A stretch of 64,000 nucleotides of DNA, taken from positions 1-64,000 of the forward strand of contig NW_026928756.1 of the NCBI RefSeq assembly GCF_032062105.1, read 5' to 3'. Below, piece by piece: positions 9,601 through 20,753 of the stretch. Source of the stretch: Saccostrea cucullata (lineage: Eukaryota). The notes below the pieces were generated by a model, which saw only the letters and a program-made list of their open reading frames with translations, did not search any database and was not told where the DNA came from. The position numbers and the translations under genes are program-made. How positions within the stretch are numbered: the stretch's first letter is position 1; every line of letters begins with the position of its first letter.

Positions 9601-12600
9601 CTGGTTAAATTGTAGATATCCCTTTCGTTACAGTCCAACTGTACTGTTCGATTTCCATCTTAAAAACATGAATTTTTGAAACTTTTATATGATCACTCGA
9701 GGAATCACATGAGACAAAAAGGGACGAACCACGGAATACTGTACATGTATACAGGGAAGTTTAAATGCCCCTAGATTTAAACCCCCCCCCCCTTCATGCC
9801 TCAATCGTCGCAAATATGCGAATTTAAAACAAAACGAATTAATGACTCAAGGTATCTTTAAATCTTTAACTACAATTCTGATTGGGCGAATTTAGGATAG
9901 GAAAGATTTGTTTATTAAGAAGCATGAAGTATACAAGTAAATATTAATATTACATGTAACTTACCTTTTATGCATATAGATTTTAATTTTTCAGATGTGA
10001 TGAGATGTTGCACCGTCAAGTATTCACAAGAAATGGCTAAAATATAAACCGAAACGTCACTCATGCATCTTTGCAGACAAGTTTTAGACTTGACCTCTAA
10101 ACACTGAATTAGAGAAACTTAATAACATCAATGCTTCATTTCGATAAAACTAGAGGTACTGTGAACAATGAGCTCACTAAATGATACCCCCGCCTCCCAT
10201 ATGATAATAATGGTAGTGTCCTGATGCTTTGCTGTGGGAAACCCAAAATATGTGTCGGATCAAAAAGTAAAATAGAAGGTACACAATGGCATTATGTAAT
10301 AAAGATTCTTTGAAAGTTTCATCAAATTTCATTCAGTGGTATCAGAGGAGTTGCGGATAAGAAATGTGTACAATGTACCCCAAACAGACAGATGGACGGA
10401 CGGACATACCGATTACTATATACCCTCTCGAATTTCAAGCGGAGGGGGGTATAATAAACATATTGTACGACGAATAAAGCTTTATTTCAGTCACCACTCT
10501 GTATATTTATGTAGAGATTAAAGCTGAACACGATTCGTAAAAGGAATGTGTCCGCCATATTCGATCGGACCGTCGCTATATCTGAGGACCCCTATATATG
10601 GAGCCGATCACTTGGTTTCTGTTCATTGTAATCAGTCGTCATGTAGATAGGCATATGCTGAATATCATCCGGTAGCGATAAAAATAACTGTATTCTTTTA
10701 ATGCAGGGAAGTAAGAATGTAAGATACCAAAGAAACTTACAATAGTTGCACAGGTGAATGCTGTATACAAACAAACACAAATACAGGTAGCTGCAACAAA
10801 ACGTAAAGAAAACCAATGCAAAATAATCATCACGAACACGGATCACCATTCCACACCGATACCCGTGACAATAGAGCTGTCAGGTGTTACGAATGCGAAG
10901 AGTATACTCTGATGCTAATATCGTACATACATGTAGTAATATCGAAAATGCAGTATGCCGAGTCGTGTTCAGCTTTAATGAGATTATCTTAGAATCATAT
11001 CTTTCACAAAAATTAAAGAGTGCTATTTTCGGACTATTGCTCTCTGCATTTGAAATTGAAAATGTATAAATACTGGATATTTTTAAGTAATATGATGTTA
11101 TAACGTCCCAATTCTCTAAGTGTGTGCCCTTTTGACAAGTGATATACGAGAACGTACGGCATTTCCAAAACCACTCTATAATATTTTGAAGCGATTATGC
11201 AAGAAAAACACTCTCCTTCGCTGATATATATACTTATGTATATACTACAGTATACATACATGTACATGTAAAAATCTGTTCAGGAACTTTTTTGCATAAG
11301 AGAGCAGTCGCCATCGTGGCGCATTGGTTAGAGCGTCTGTTCTAGAGTCGCGAAGAGTTGATCCTTGCGTTGCGGGTTTAAATACCATTGTGGGATATTG
11401 AGACCGGTCCTTCGGATGAGATCATATAAACCGAGGTCCCGTTTAGCAGATCAAGGTGCTGGCACGAAAAAGATACTTCACACCCAATTGCCGAGTATAG
11501 GACAAAATTTGTAGCTCTCTACCGGTAAAAAGTTGCATCTCCGTATGAGTGAAAAATTCTCGAGAGGGGGTTAAACACCATACAAATAAACATCAAAGAA
11601 TACGTGTACATTTTTATATATTATTTTTATCATTTATTCCAAGCTCTTTGATAGGCTCAAATTTGATCACATGATTTAGTATATAACAGCATAAAGACTT
11701 GAGTTACTAGTACTATTTTTAGAATCTGAAAATAATGCATATCGACTCGATGTTTCTTAAAATGTAGATAATTTGTTTTTTGGTAAAACAAAAAAGTAGT
11801 ACTGATCTGAAAAAAAAAAAAATTTACTACAACTTCTATTACTATTTTTTCATGTTCTTTAATTGATGAGACGTAACAATGCCTTGAAACCTTGAATTAG
11901 GATCTACTTTATATTAAAACATATTGGATAACTTTGTCAAAAATTTATACAAAACGTAATCAAATAAATAAAATATTTTGAATAAGTAAATCCTCTAAAT
12001 TACTCCATCAATATAAAGGAAACACATGAACATTAAATAGCTTAATTTATTTTGATCTCGTCTCTCAGCGTAAAAGGGAGAAGACTTGTGCCTTGTTCCT
12101 ATTATTTTCAAATTTTGTTTTGTCAATCTATGTAAAAAATAATATAACAAATGTAGCCCTTCAATTCGGTCAATCCATATATATATCGACTTCACAGAAA
12201 AGCATCGACTTCGTGCTCGGTCGGTATGCTTTTCTGTGAAGTCGATACATGTATATCTATGGATCGACCTCATCAAAGGGTTATATTTATATAATATCAA
12301 ATCCATATGCAGACTCGATATATATCCCAGTGATCAACTTGAAAGAAAAAAAATTACATAAAGCCTGAATCTTCTGTTCCGTATTTGGATATTTTACAAG
12401 AAAAAAGTCGTTAATGGTACAAGTAATCTAACTTCAAGACTTCAAAATAAACGCGATAACTTCAATTCTTCTATATTCATTCTTCCTTTACTTGCGCAGC
12501 GATTTACCCTCTTCTCCTGTGTACATATAGGGTTTTTTCTCCCTGTTGATTCTATACGCAAGAACATGCTCTATGTACAGACAATTCCAGAAACGAAACA

Positions 12601-13322
12601 AGCTATTGACAAACAAGTTGATGAAGCAGGTATCAACAGGCTCATTTAAAGTCATCATTTCGCAAGTTCTACACGTATGGTCAATACAATAATTTTGTCA
12701 GGGTGCAAGTACAATATTACATACAGTTCAATGTTGGATGACCTCTTTCATACCAACAACACACTGGTTTGTCTGCTTTTTTTTTCGTTTGGCAGATCGT
12801 AACAAGAGCACATGGTAGGTGTGACAGATGGGCAGGGAATGCATACCCCTGATCCTACCTGTGACACTTAAGATGTCCCTGTTTGCTCTGTTCCCAATGT
12901 GGACATTAAACAACGTACAATCAATTAATCAAAAAAGGACAAATAATATACCATTGCAACCAAGATGAAATCGAAACCCATCCAACCAGAAACTTTCGTG
13001 ATTGTTGAGGGATCTCAACACCTGTATTTGTTGAGGATTAGCCGATAAATTCACCGCCATGTGAATGGTGCCGTTACCAGGATTAAACAAACTAGGACAG
13101 GCCTTGTCCGCCGTATACCATGACATTACATTGTCCGAGATAAAATGCTGAGTGTAAGAGTGGATGCCATTATTCTGAAAACCTAATTAAAAAATTGCTT
13201 GTTTAAATAAATGCTTTGCTGTGAATAATTCAATCTGCAGTCTCCTTTTTAAATAAAAAAAAATCATGAAAAATCATAAACTTACCAATTAAAGCAAACA
13301 GAAAGAATAAGACTGTTTTCAT
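6651..13322 (-). CDS. Uncharacterised type-I transmembrane protein with a degenerate C-type-lectin-like, Cys-rich ectodomain; 315 aa, 8 exons
   Basis: Exons 13322-13286, 13182-12952, 10790-10741, 10103-9965, 9658-9518, 9249-9151, 8245-8155 and 6810-6651. All introns are GT-AG and phases chain 1,1,0,1,1,1,2 with no stop. Features: signal peptide MKTVLFFLFALIG; CTLD-like MSWYTADKAC and FWLDG; terminal C..C..LC motif (CRLATRTSTGFKISYQNCDDKHKVLC); TM WLITTCLSALSCLFSVFICIYLC; 53-aa tail. AATAAA at 6639-6644 directly follows the stop. Confidence 0.8.
6875..8134. mobile_element. Non-autonomous Helentron-associated (HINE-like) element with AAGGTCAAG satellite units, interrupted by a Penelope-like fragment
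   Basis: One terminus is AACAAGATGTG...CACTGATGCTCCCG, with related termini at 62190-62238 and about 33740-33762. Internal CAAGGTCAAG repeats and (GACA/GACG)n; other terminus has the hairpin CCCCCG..CGGGGG. Confidence 0.7.
6989..7675 (+). mobile_element. Penelope-like retroelement (probably Naiad-type, C-terminal RT) 3' fragment, degenerate
   Basis: Translates with frameshifts to HSYVDTIYPSDLEIKNTTESETSVSYFDISLEIDVNGKLTAKL...LLTNKLMKQEYQQSRLKSSF..., i.e. the RT C-terminus/thumb, followed by the conserved 3' motif GGCACCTGATCCCACCTCTG. Confidence 0.75.
10147..10458. mobile_element. Short HINE-like element
   Basis: AAACTAGAGGTACTGTGAACAATGAGCTCACTAAATGATACCCCC terminus, (GACG/GACA)n, and terminal hairpin TATACCCTCTC..GGAGGGGGGTATAA. 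Inverted relative at 55678-55987. Confidence 0.7.
11307..11592 (+). mobile_element. tRNA-derived V-domain SINE (BivaV-type), near full length
   Basis: A-box TGGCGCATTGG, degenerate B-box GGTTTAAATACC, V-core GGTCCTTCGGATGAGA..TAAACCGAGGTCCCGT, and LINE-like tail ATGAGTGAAAAATTCTCGAGAGGG..TTAAACA. Second copy at 32468-32664. Confidence 0.85.
12145..12292. mobile_element. Palindromic non-autonomous element
   Basis: Arms ATCCATATATATATCGACTTCACAGAAAAGCAT / ATGCTTTTCTGTGAAGTCGATA(CATGTA)TATCTATGGAT around the centre CGACTTCGTGCTCGGTCG. Confidence 0.75.
12301..12905 (+). mobile_element. Penelope-like retroelement 3' fragment, degenerate
   Basis: Similar to 6989-7675 and 40170-40770 (GATATATATCCCAGTGA; GACAAACAAGTTGATGAAGCAGG; TTTAAAGTCATCATTTCGCAAGTTCTA), plus a decayed 3' motif. 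Confidence 0.7.
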
Positions 13323-16300
13323 TTCAAAATTCCATGCACATTAAATTGAATGCTGTACCAGACGAACTTGAATTACACTGATGATAAATAAACCATTGAA
13401 CAGGAAGGAACTAAGAAAAGTGTGCAATTTAAATTTGAAAATAAATGATAGAATTTTAGGAGAACAAACACGGAAAAATACACAAGTTTTAGTATATATT
13501 CTGATATCCAATGCTATTATGAAGAACTGAGTATATATATAATATATATTCATTTATTAGCACTAGGGTGATCCAAAGAGTATAATCTATCATCTTTACA
13601 TCCAAAACGTCTTTGGGATCCTGTAGATTCGTTTTATAAATAATGTTATCATTTGTCACATTTGGAGAGCAATTAACACTGTTTTTCAGTCTTCTATTAA
13701 CATTTATTTCATGTGCATCATGATGAAAATTCTGCATCACCCGACGATGGCACTGAAAGATTGTTAACATCCGAAATAAATTTCCTTCGTACGGTGACAT
13801 TACCAAATAAAAGGATTCGGGAAAATATTATCCTTATCATTTGTGTCTAATTCAGTATTCCTCTCTCTCATTACTTGAGACGCAATGTACATGATTTCCT
13901 ACAGACGGAAGTTTTGTTTCATTTGTAAATGGGTTTTATCTTAAGTCTGTGTTCACCCTACTTTGCTAGGGAACGAAGATGAATCGTTTATAGGTTAACT
14001 ATTATCGGTATTTTTATCGAAAGAAAAAGCACAGATATTTTAAAAAGTATATGCGATTTTAAAAAAAAATTGATATCAACGGTGGAAAAATATTAATCCT
14101 TACTGACAATGCTTATGATCGAATGTTGCTGCTAAGTACATGTCTCTTTTCACCTTCATATTTAAAAAAAACTGGAGGAAATTTGACTAAAATACAAAAG
14201 ATAAGGCATGTTTAGAAATATGAATGTACTCAATTTCTATAGGAGCTTTTCGTGGTTTTTTTTCATATTCATTTTAAAATAGTATAGTATCAGGTTTGTT
14301 AAAATCATAATATTACCTTTGGTCAAAATGGGACCGAATGATAGGGGCCAACGTTTGAAAAATAATAGGAGGAAAAATGGATTAAGTACCACACACCACT
14401 TTTTGTTATGATATTTTAGTACCTTCATGCACTTTACATGAAAACTGAAAATAGGATACACCGGCAAATGTAATAAAAATAGTACCTGGCGATCTGAACA
14501 TTATTGTGGCGTGAGTAATAATCAAAGTACTGAAAGTACTGGGAAGCGCTAAGTATATTGATTTGAAATTCTCCAGAATTATTTTGAATTTAAATTTCCT
14601 GTTGTATTGATTGAAAGCAATAGGTTGACAGTGCGACAGCGCTAGGGCGAACACAGTTGTTTGGTACATAATCAAATACTAGTGAGTTCTGAAAACTTCC
14701 CGTTTGATTATGAAATTCAACATTGTCTAATGACTTTTTTAAAAGCATTTTACATTTTCTTCCTCTGTCAAAAAATCAATCAATATCACATACATGAAAT
14801 TACAAGAAAATATTTCTGCGTGTAAAAATATTTTCTTTCCCCATCACCTTGTATTAGAGGTATTTTGAAATAAATTTAAACACTTTAAATGTCGCTAAAA
14901 TTCGTATCATTTGTGTGCAACACCTTCTAAAATCTTCTGGTGATCATTTTCAATAACACATTCATTCCGCGTTTACGAGTGTTTCAAACTGAAGATTGGC
15001 ATCATATTTGTAACATCGTCATGTAACAAAGCTCTATGTAGATGAAATGAACATCCGTAGAATTAACGCCCTTTTTGTCAGACACATTTAATAGGTAAAT
15101 AGACATTTGAGTATAAAAATTTATCTTTCGATGCTATCCTTTAATTTCTGATTTTCAAATACATGATTTATGGCGTATTTGCAGTAAAATTTGTGTTGAT
15201 ATCACGATGTTTTACTCATTTGTAAATATTACTTTTTTACAATATTTTTTTTTTTACACTTCTTCTTTGGAATAAAAAAATTCATTTAACCCTTAAAAGC
15301 ATTTTTTGACTATTGTCAAAATGATTTAAAATGCTCCAATATTTTTTACGGACGCTTGGTGCTTTACACCATTCTTTACTAGTGTATGTATGATCTTCAC
15401 TACCATGCAAAACATGCTGAGAGGAGAAACATATCTACGACATTGTCGTGCTAGTTGAAAAGGAATACTGAAAATAATTGCTCATAATTTTCTGCTATTT
15501 CAATGATAACTAATTCAAGAGACCAAGAAAGAAAATATATGCAAGTATTAATCTCAAGTATTAATAAATCTTCATGAAGATATACAACGTTGTTTTATTC
15601 TGTTTTTATTTAGTTTTCATTGAATTAGCAACACAGCTGAGGCATATTTTTACATAAACTATTTCTTCCTTATAGTTTTCTGCTTCATGTATCAAACTGT
15701 TTGCTTAACATTACATTAGCCCTATTCCTGCCCATTGCTAAGAACGTTAATTACATGTAAAGGGTTTTAGCATTTTTCGCCAGATCCTGCACACTACACA
15801 CAATTTTAAAGCACACTATACCGAGAAATAAGTTATACTATTTGAATGGATTCCTTGAAAACACAACCACCACATGCCCTACATGCCTGTACAGCCACAG
15901 AAACTGCCTTTCCTTTCGAATTATTTGCATAATGTTGACCCATATGATACAATTATAGAGTACAACACAAGTAAAGACATTAAAAAAGACAGTTCATGAA
16001 TGCATTGCAGTCTGTTACTAATTGATACTTAAATGCGATAATCATCTTCACTGATAGCTCTCGGTATGGTGCAAGGTGTTAAGAGGAAGGCTTGTTTTAG
16101 TTACACTTCCTGAAGTAAGGGTCTAGAAGAAAAAAATAATAGTTTTATGGATATGTTATAAAGAACACACCATATTATGTAAGTAGTGCATTATTAATCA
16201 ATTTTATTTTTTTTAATACAGAATACTAGTAACTCACTTCCAGTTTGAGATTTATTTAATTATCAAAATCCTATCTGATTTTTAAATTATGTATTTATTC

Positions 16301-16877
16301 AATCACTATATTACATGTACATGATAAATAATATACTACTTTTAATTAAGTATTTGTGCAATAGATGCAGCAATTATTAGCTACATGAAACAAAAGTAAT
16401 GTGTGCCTACATGATTTAAATGAACTACAATGTAAAGTGAAGAGCATGGTAAGAACTGCTTTTATCTACTAGCTGTGGAATATTTCTCTACCTCACTAAT
16501 TGCTTCCTATTACTAGAAATGCACGTGACGCAGCAGTACACTAAAATAGCAGGAAGAGAGTCAGGGATTTCCAGTTGCGTATTTTTAGAATAACAAGAGG
16601 AGTTATCTAACTTGCTTATAGAGGCGCTGGATCGCGAACGGAAGTAGATTTACGCTGACAGAAAGCGCTTAGCGCTTAAAAAGGGAATTTAATTAAACCT
16701 AATAAAAATTTTCATCTTGACTGTCATTAAATTTTCATTAAAAACCCCCAATACTTTATAATTTTCTACAGAATAATGAAAACGGACATGAATATTAATT
16801 TGAAGTGAATCTGAACCACAAAAGTGTTATTTTTGTCTAGTCGTTGTAAAACAGCCCGTCGGCCAGCTTTAAGAATA

Positions 16878-18236
16878 AACAAGCAAATTCAAAGAATTGT
16901 GGTCCCCCGCTTTCGATGTCTTTTTGGGTGAGATGTCATTTTTTTAAATGACATTTTGTGTCTAATATGAACGCCTTATCATAAGTCATCTATTAAAAAA
17001 TTATCACTGAATTCCAAGGTCAAGGTCAAAGGGTTAACGTTTATGGTATCCAATGAAAAGTCTTCTCAAAAGGATTACTATGTGAAGTATGAAAGCCCTA
17101 GCCCTTACCATTCGAAAGTTATGGTCAAGGTTACAGTTTTCTCATAAGTATAAAAAGTCTCCAAGGTCAAGGTTGCTGGTATCAAATGAAAGGTTTTGCC
17201 ACAAAAAATACATATGTGAAATATGGAAGTCCTGATATCTACTGTTCAAAAGTTGTGGCCAAGGTCAAAGTTTTTGAAAAGTAGGTCAAACTCCAAGGTC
17301 AAGGTCCAAGGGGCAAAGTTCTTGGTATTTTGAAAGGTCTTCTCACAAAATAATATATATATATATATTATGAAACTAGTTTTACCATTCAAAAGTTATG
17401 GTCAAGGTTAAAGTTTATTTCATAAGTACGGAAATCTCCAAGGTCAATGTCATAAGGTCAAAGTTGTTGCATCCAATAAAAGGACTTGCTACAAAGAATA
17501 TATATGTGAAATATGAAAGTCCTAGTACCTACCATTCAAAAGTTATGGCCAAAGTAAAAGTTTGGAATTTTTGTGTAAAAGTGGGTCAAACTCCAAGGTC
17601 AAATTTCGTGGTACCAAAAAAAAGGTCTTGTCACAAGGAATACACATATCAAATATGAAAGTCATAGCTTTACTGAGTCAAAAGTTATGGGCAAGGTTAA
17701 AGTTTTTGTGACGGACGGACAGACTGACGGACAGACAGACGGACGTACAGACGGACGGACACACATTTCCTTAAACAAGAACCCAGCAATAGATAAATAT
17801 TAATCGAATAAACTTACCTTTTCTTTTGTCAATCAGACAATCTTGTTGACATTAAGTGTTTCTTAGTCGCCATATTTTTTTCCATGAAAACAAACGTTGT
17901 TATGATCAGGATCAACGGAAGTTGATTTTCGGAACTCTCGAAAATTTAGAGTTCCGAATGTTTCTGAAACACAAAACATGCGTCCGTGAAAGCAACTTTT
18001 TTGGAATTTTTTGGACAAATCGTCGTGTCCAAGTTTTGTTGGGTACTAACCTGCAAATACCCAATTAGGGTGTTTTAAGCATAAGTGACACTTCTTATTG
18101 GGTATACCCAATAAGCAAAAAGTACCCAATAAGTACAATCTTGGCATGAAAAATACCCAATAAATGCACTCTCGTAAACACGGACGGACGAATGAGATTT
18201 AATGTTCCCTCGCTTTCGCGAAAGCGGGGGAAAAAG
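16878..18236. mobile_element. HINE-like element with tandem ~130-145-bp AAGGTCAAGG satellite units and a nested insertion (~17761-18180)
   Basis: Terminus AACAAGCAAATTC..GGTCCCCCGC; repeated AAAGTTATGGTCAAGGTT units; (GACG/GACA)n split by unrelated sequence; terminal hairpin CGCTTTCGCGAAAGCG. Confidence 0.8.
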
Positions 18237-18429
18237 GATTATATTTAATTGCTTTGAGAAACAATCGATTTTTAAAGCAAGGCCTGCTAATCACTAATAA
18301 GTTGATGTTACAGGCACTTGATCCCGCCCTATGAATTTCCAGGGGTCTGTGTCGTATACCCTCTTAACATATTTGTTTTGTTTATAGATTTCTTTAGATC
18401 GACCTCTGTTCTTCACCTACATCCTGTAC

Positions 18430-18669
18430 AACTGGTGTTGTATCAAACCAGACAGCACCATTCGAGAGTGGCCCATCAGTATGTCGAAGAAGAAACAATC
18501 GGAAGGATTGGTTGGCCAGAAAAATCAGCTGACTTTAATCTATAAAGAGCATCCGTGGGACATGCTCAAGAAAGAAATTGACAAGTACAGAGGTAAGACT
18601 AACCCAACAATCCATAAACTTGTTCTGGTTGATGAATTATACAGACAACTCTCAGAATTGAATAAATAG
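18430..18669 (+). pseudogene. Degenerate Tc1/mariner transposase remnant (C-terminal DDE region)
   Basis: Frameshifted ORFs join as ...HSRVAHQYVEEETIGRIGWPEKSADFNL / EHPWDMLKKEI, resembling the Tc1 motif WPxxSPDLNPIEHxWDxL. Confidence 0.6.
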
Positions 18670-18903
18670 TTTTTCAAACATATGCAAGGGAGTTATAAAG
18701 GTTTGTAGTTGGTCATTTCAGTAATTGACAAAAAATTCTTTATGTTCATTAAAATTTAAATACCCGGTATTACTTATTGTTGTTTTCCTTTTAAACGCAA
18801 TGTATCGATGGTCGATTTCCACATTGCTTTTTCAACTAAACATTGCTTTTGATAATTATTTGAAAAATATACTTATGGCGTGTAAAACGTTGCTTTATTC
18901 GAT

Positions 18904-19087
18904 AATCTTGTGATTTATATTCAAAATCTTGTGATGTATATTCAAAATCTTTTTATGTATGTTCAAAATCTTGTGATTTATAGTCAAAATCTTGTGATGT
19001 ATATTCAAAATCTTGTTATGTATGTTCAAAATCGTGTGATGTATATTCAAAATCTTGTTATGTATGTTCAAAATCTTGTTATGTATA
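18904..19087. repeat. 21-bp minisatellite (AATCTTGTGATGTATATTCAA), about 8-9 copies
   Basis: Directly visible tandem array; it produces the repetitive ORFs on both strands. Confidence 0.95.
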
Positions 19088-19138
19088 TAAATAAAAGAAT
19101 ATACATCACAAAATTTTGATCTCAGGGAAGAATTAGTA

Positions 19139-19464
19139 CAACTCTCAGTCAACCTTGGACTTTCAGTAAGACGTATTTATTCTCGACGTTACTTAATTAG
19201 CGTCTGAAATTTGCACAGCCTTTCACTCATGGTTGAAATATACATACCGGCGAATGTCAAAGAGTGTAGAAATGAATCAATGATAGTGTTTCTACGGTAA
19301 AGGGGTTGGGCTTAAGACGTCTCATCGTTTTCAACAACAATTTAAAGTTGCTGATGTTATTAATTTCTAAACCAATGAGAATCTATTCGCAATTTGAGAA
19401 ACGCTTATTAGGTAGTGTCGAGAAAGACATGCCCTCCAGAAAGTCCAAGGTTAACTGAGAATTG
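19139..19464. mobile_element. Tc1/mariner-type MITE with TA target-site duplication
   Basis: TA-CAACTCTCAGTCAACCTTGGACTTT ... AAAGTCCAAGGTTAACTGAGAATTG-TA; ~25-bp TIRs with CA...TG ends. Confidence 0.8.
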
Positions 19465-20753
19465 TACCATATCTATAATACTAATTCTATTCTTTAATCA
19501 TGTTAATGTTCACTGTGTTTATTCGACAGAATTCTTAATTGTACTTTGAAATTCCTTAATGTTTCTTTTTGTAGCACAATGAGGAAATCATTCCTGATAA
19601 TTATATAACGGATCTGTATAATTTGTCATTGTCCTACTCGTATATGTGTTTTGTGTGAGAAGCGGAAGTTAAGCTATTGACGTTGGACCGAAATTAATTT
19701 CAGTCTTTTTGGTATTTTCACATAGAACAACACGATAAATGAGAAAGAATGCATTTTTTGTAAAACCATTATGCTTTATATAAGGTTAATTGAATTTTGT
19801 TTGTACAAGGATCAGTTAAGATTATAAACACGTTTCTGCAGCTGTGTTCCAAGTTGAATTTATCTCACTTTCTGATAATCTTTTTTGTGTAGGCCTTAAT
19901 GAGATTACGACAAGAAACATGATCTAGCTAATTACCAGCATAGGGACTTTGAAAAATTTAATTTCCACAAACATCGAGACTAAAAAAATCAATGTTCATT
20001 GATATACCTATAAATTGCTTTTTTCAGATACATAGTATAAATGATTCATGGTAGAGAAATGCTACTATCAATATCATTTAAAAAAAGATATTATACTTTA
20101 TACAAAAAGACAAGATCAACGTTTTGTTTTTCTTCGTGTACAGTTGGTCTGAATTAGAAATTAAAAAAAAAAAGATTTTCAACAAAAGTTATATTCAAAA
20201 TATTGATATAACTTTAAACAAAAAAGACCTTGCCTCGTCCTGCAAATGATTAATGGAACATTTTTGTACTGTGTTATTTATCTGTACAGTTTTATATTTA
20301 CAATGTCATGAGATGCAAGACTTCTTTGAAAGAAATTGTTATATTTGTTCACAATTTAATTAAATAAAAATAATAAACAATGATAAACAAGACGGATCTT
20401 CATTTTCTGTATGTCTGAATGACACCTCAAATACCTTGCGTGTAATTGGAATGTATATACATGTTTAAGAACTTAACACCAATTATTTCAGTATCAAAAA
20501 TTCAATGAAGTTATGACCTGATACCTTTTACATAGAAAAATTAATACGAATTGCCAACGCGCTTTATAAGATTCAAAGAGATCTACGCAAGAGTGAAAAA
20601 TCGAGTCTGGTCATACCTTCTTGAACTTTCCAAACTGAAAATACATAATCTAATAATAAAATTCATTGATACATAAAAAACGACAAATTTCCGTTAAAAA
20701 ACAAAACAAACTGAAAAACACAAGATTTGGCATTTGGCAACGCAATCCAAAAA

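Noticed and set aside
17398-17658. 86-aa Lys/Val-rich ORF
   Set aside because: Translation of HINE satellite units.
18895-19152. Repetitive HNKILNI / YIQNLVM ORFs on both strands
   Set aside because: Artefact of a 21-bp minisatellite; no splice or gene context.
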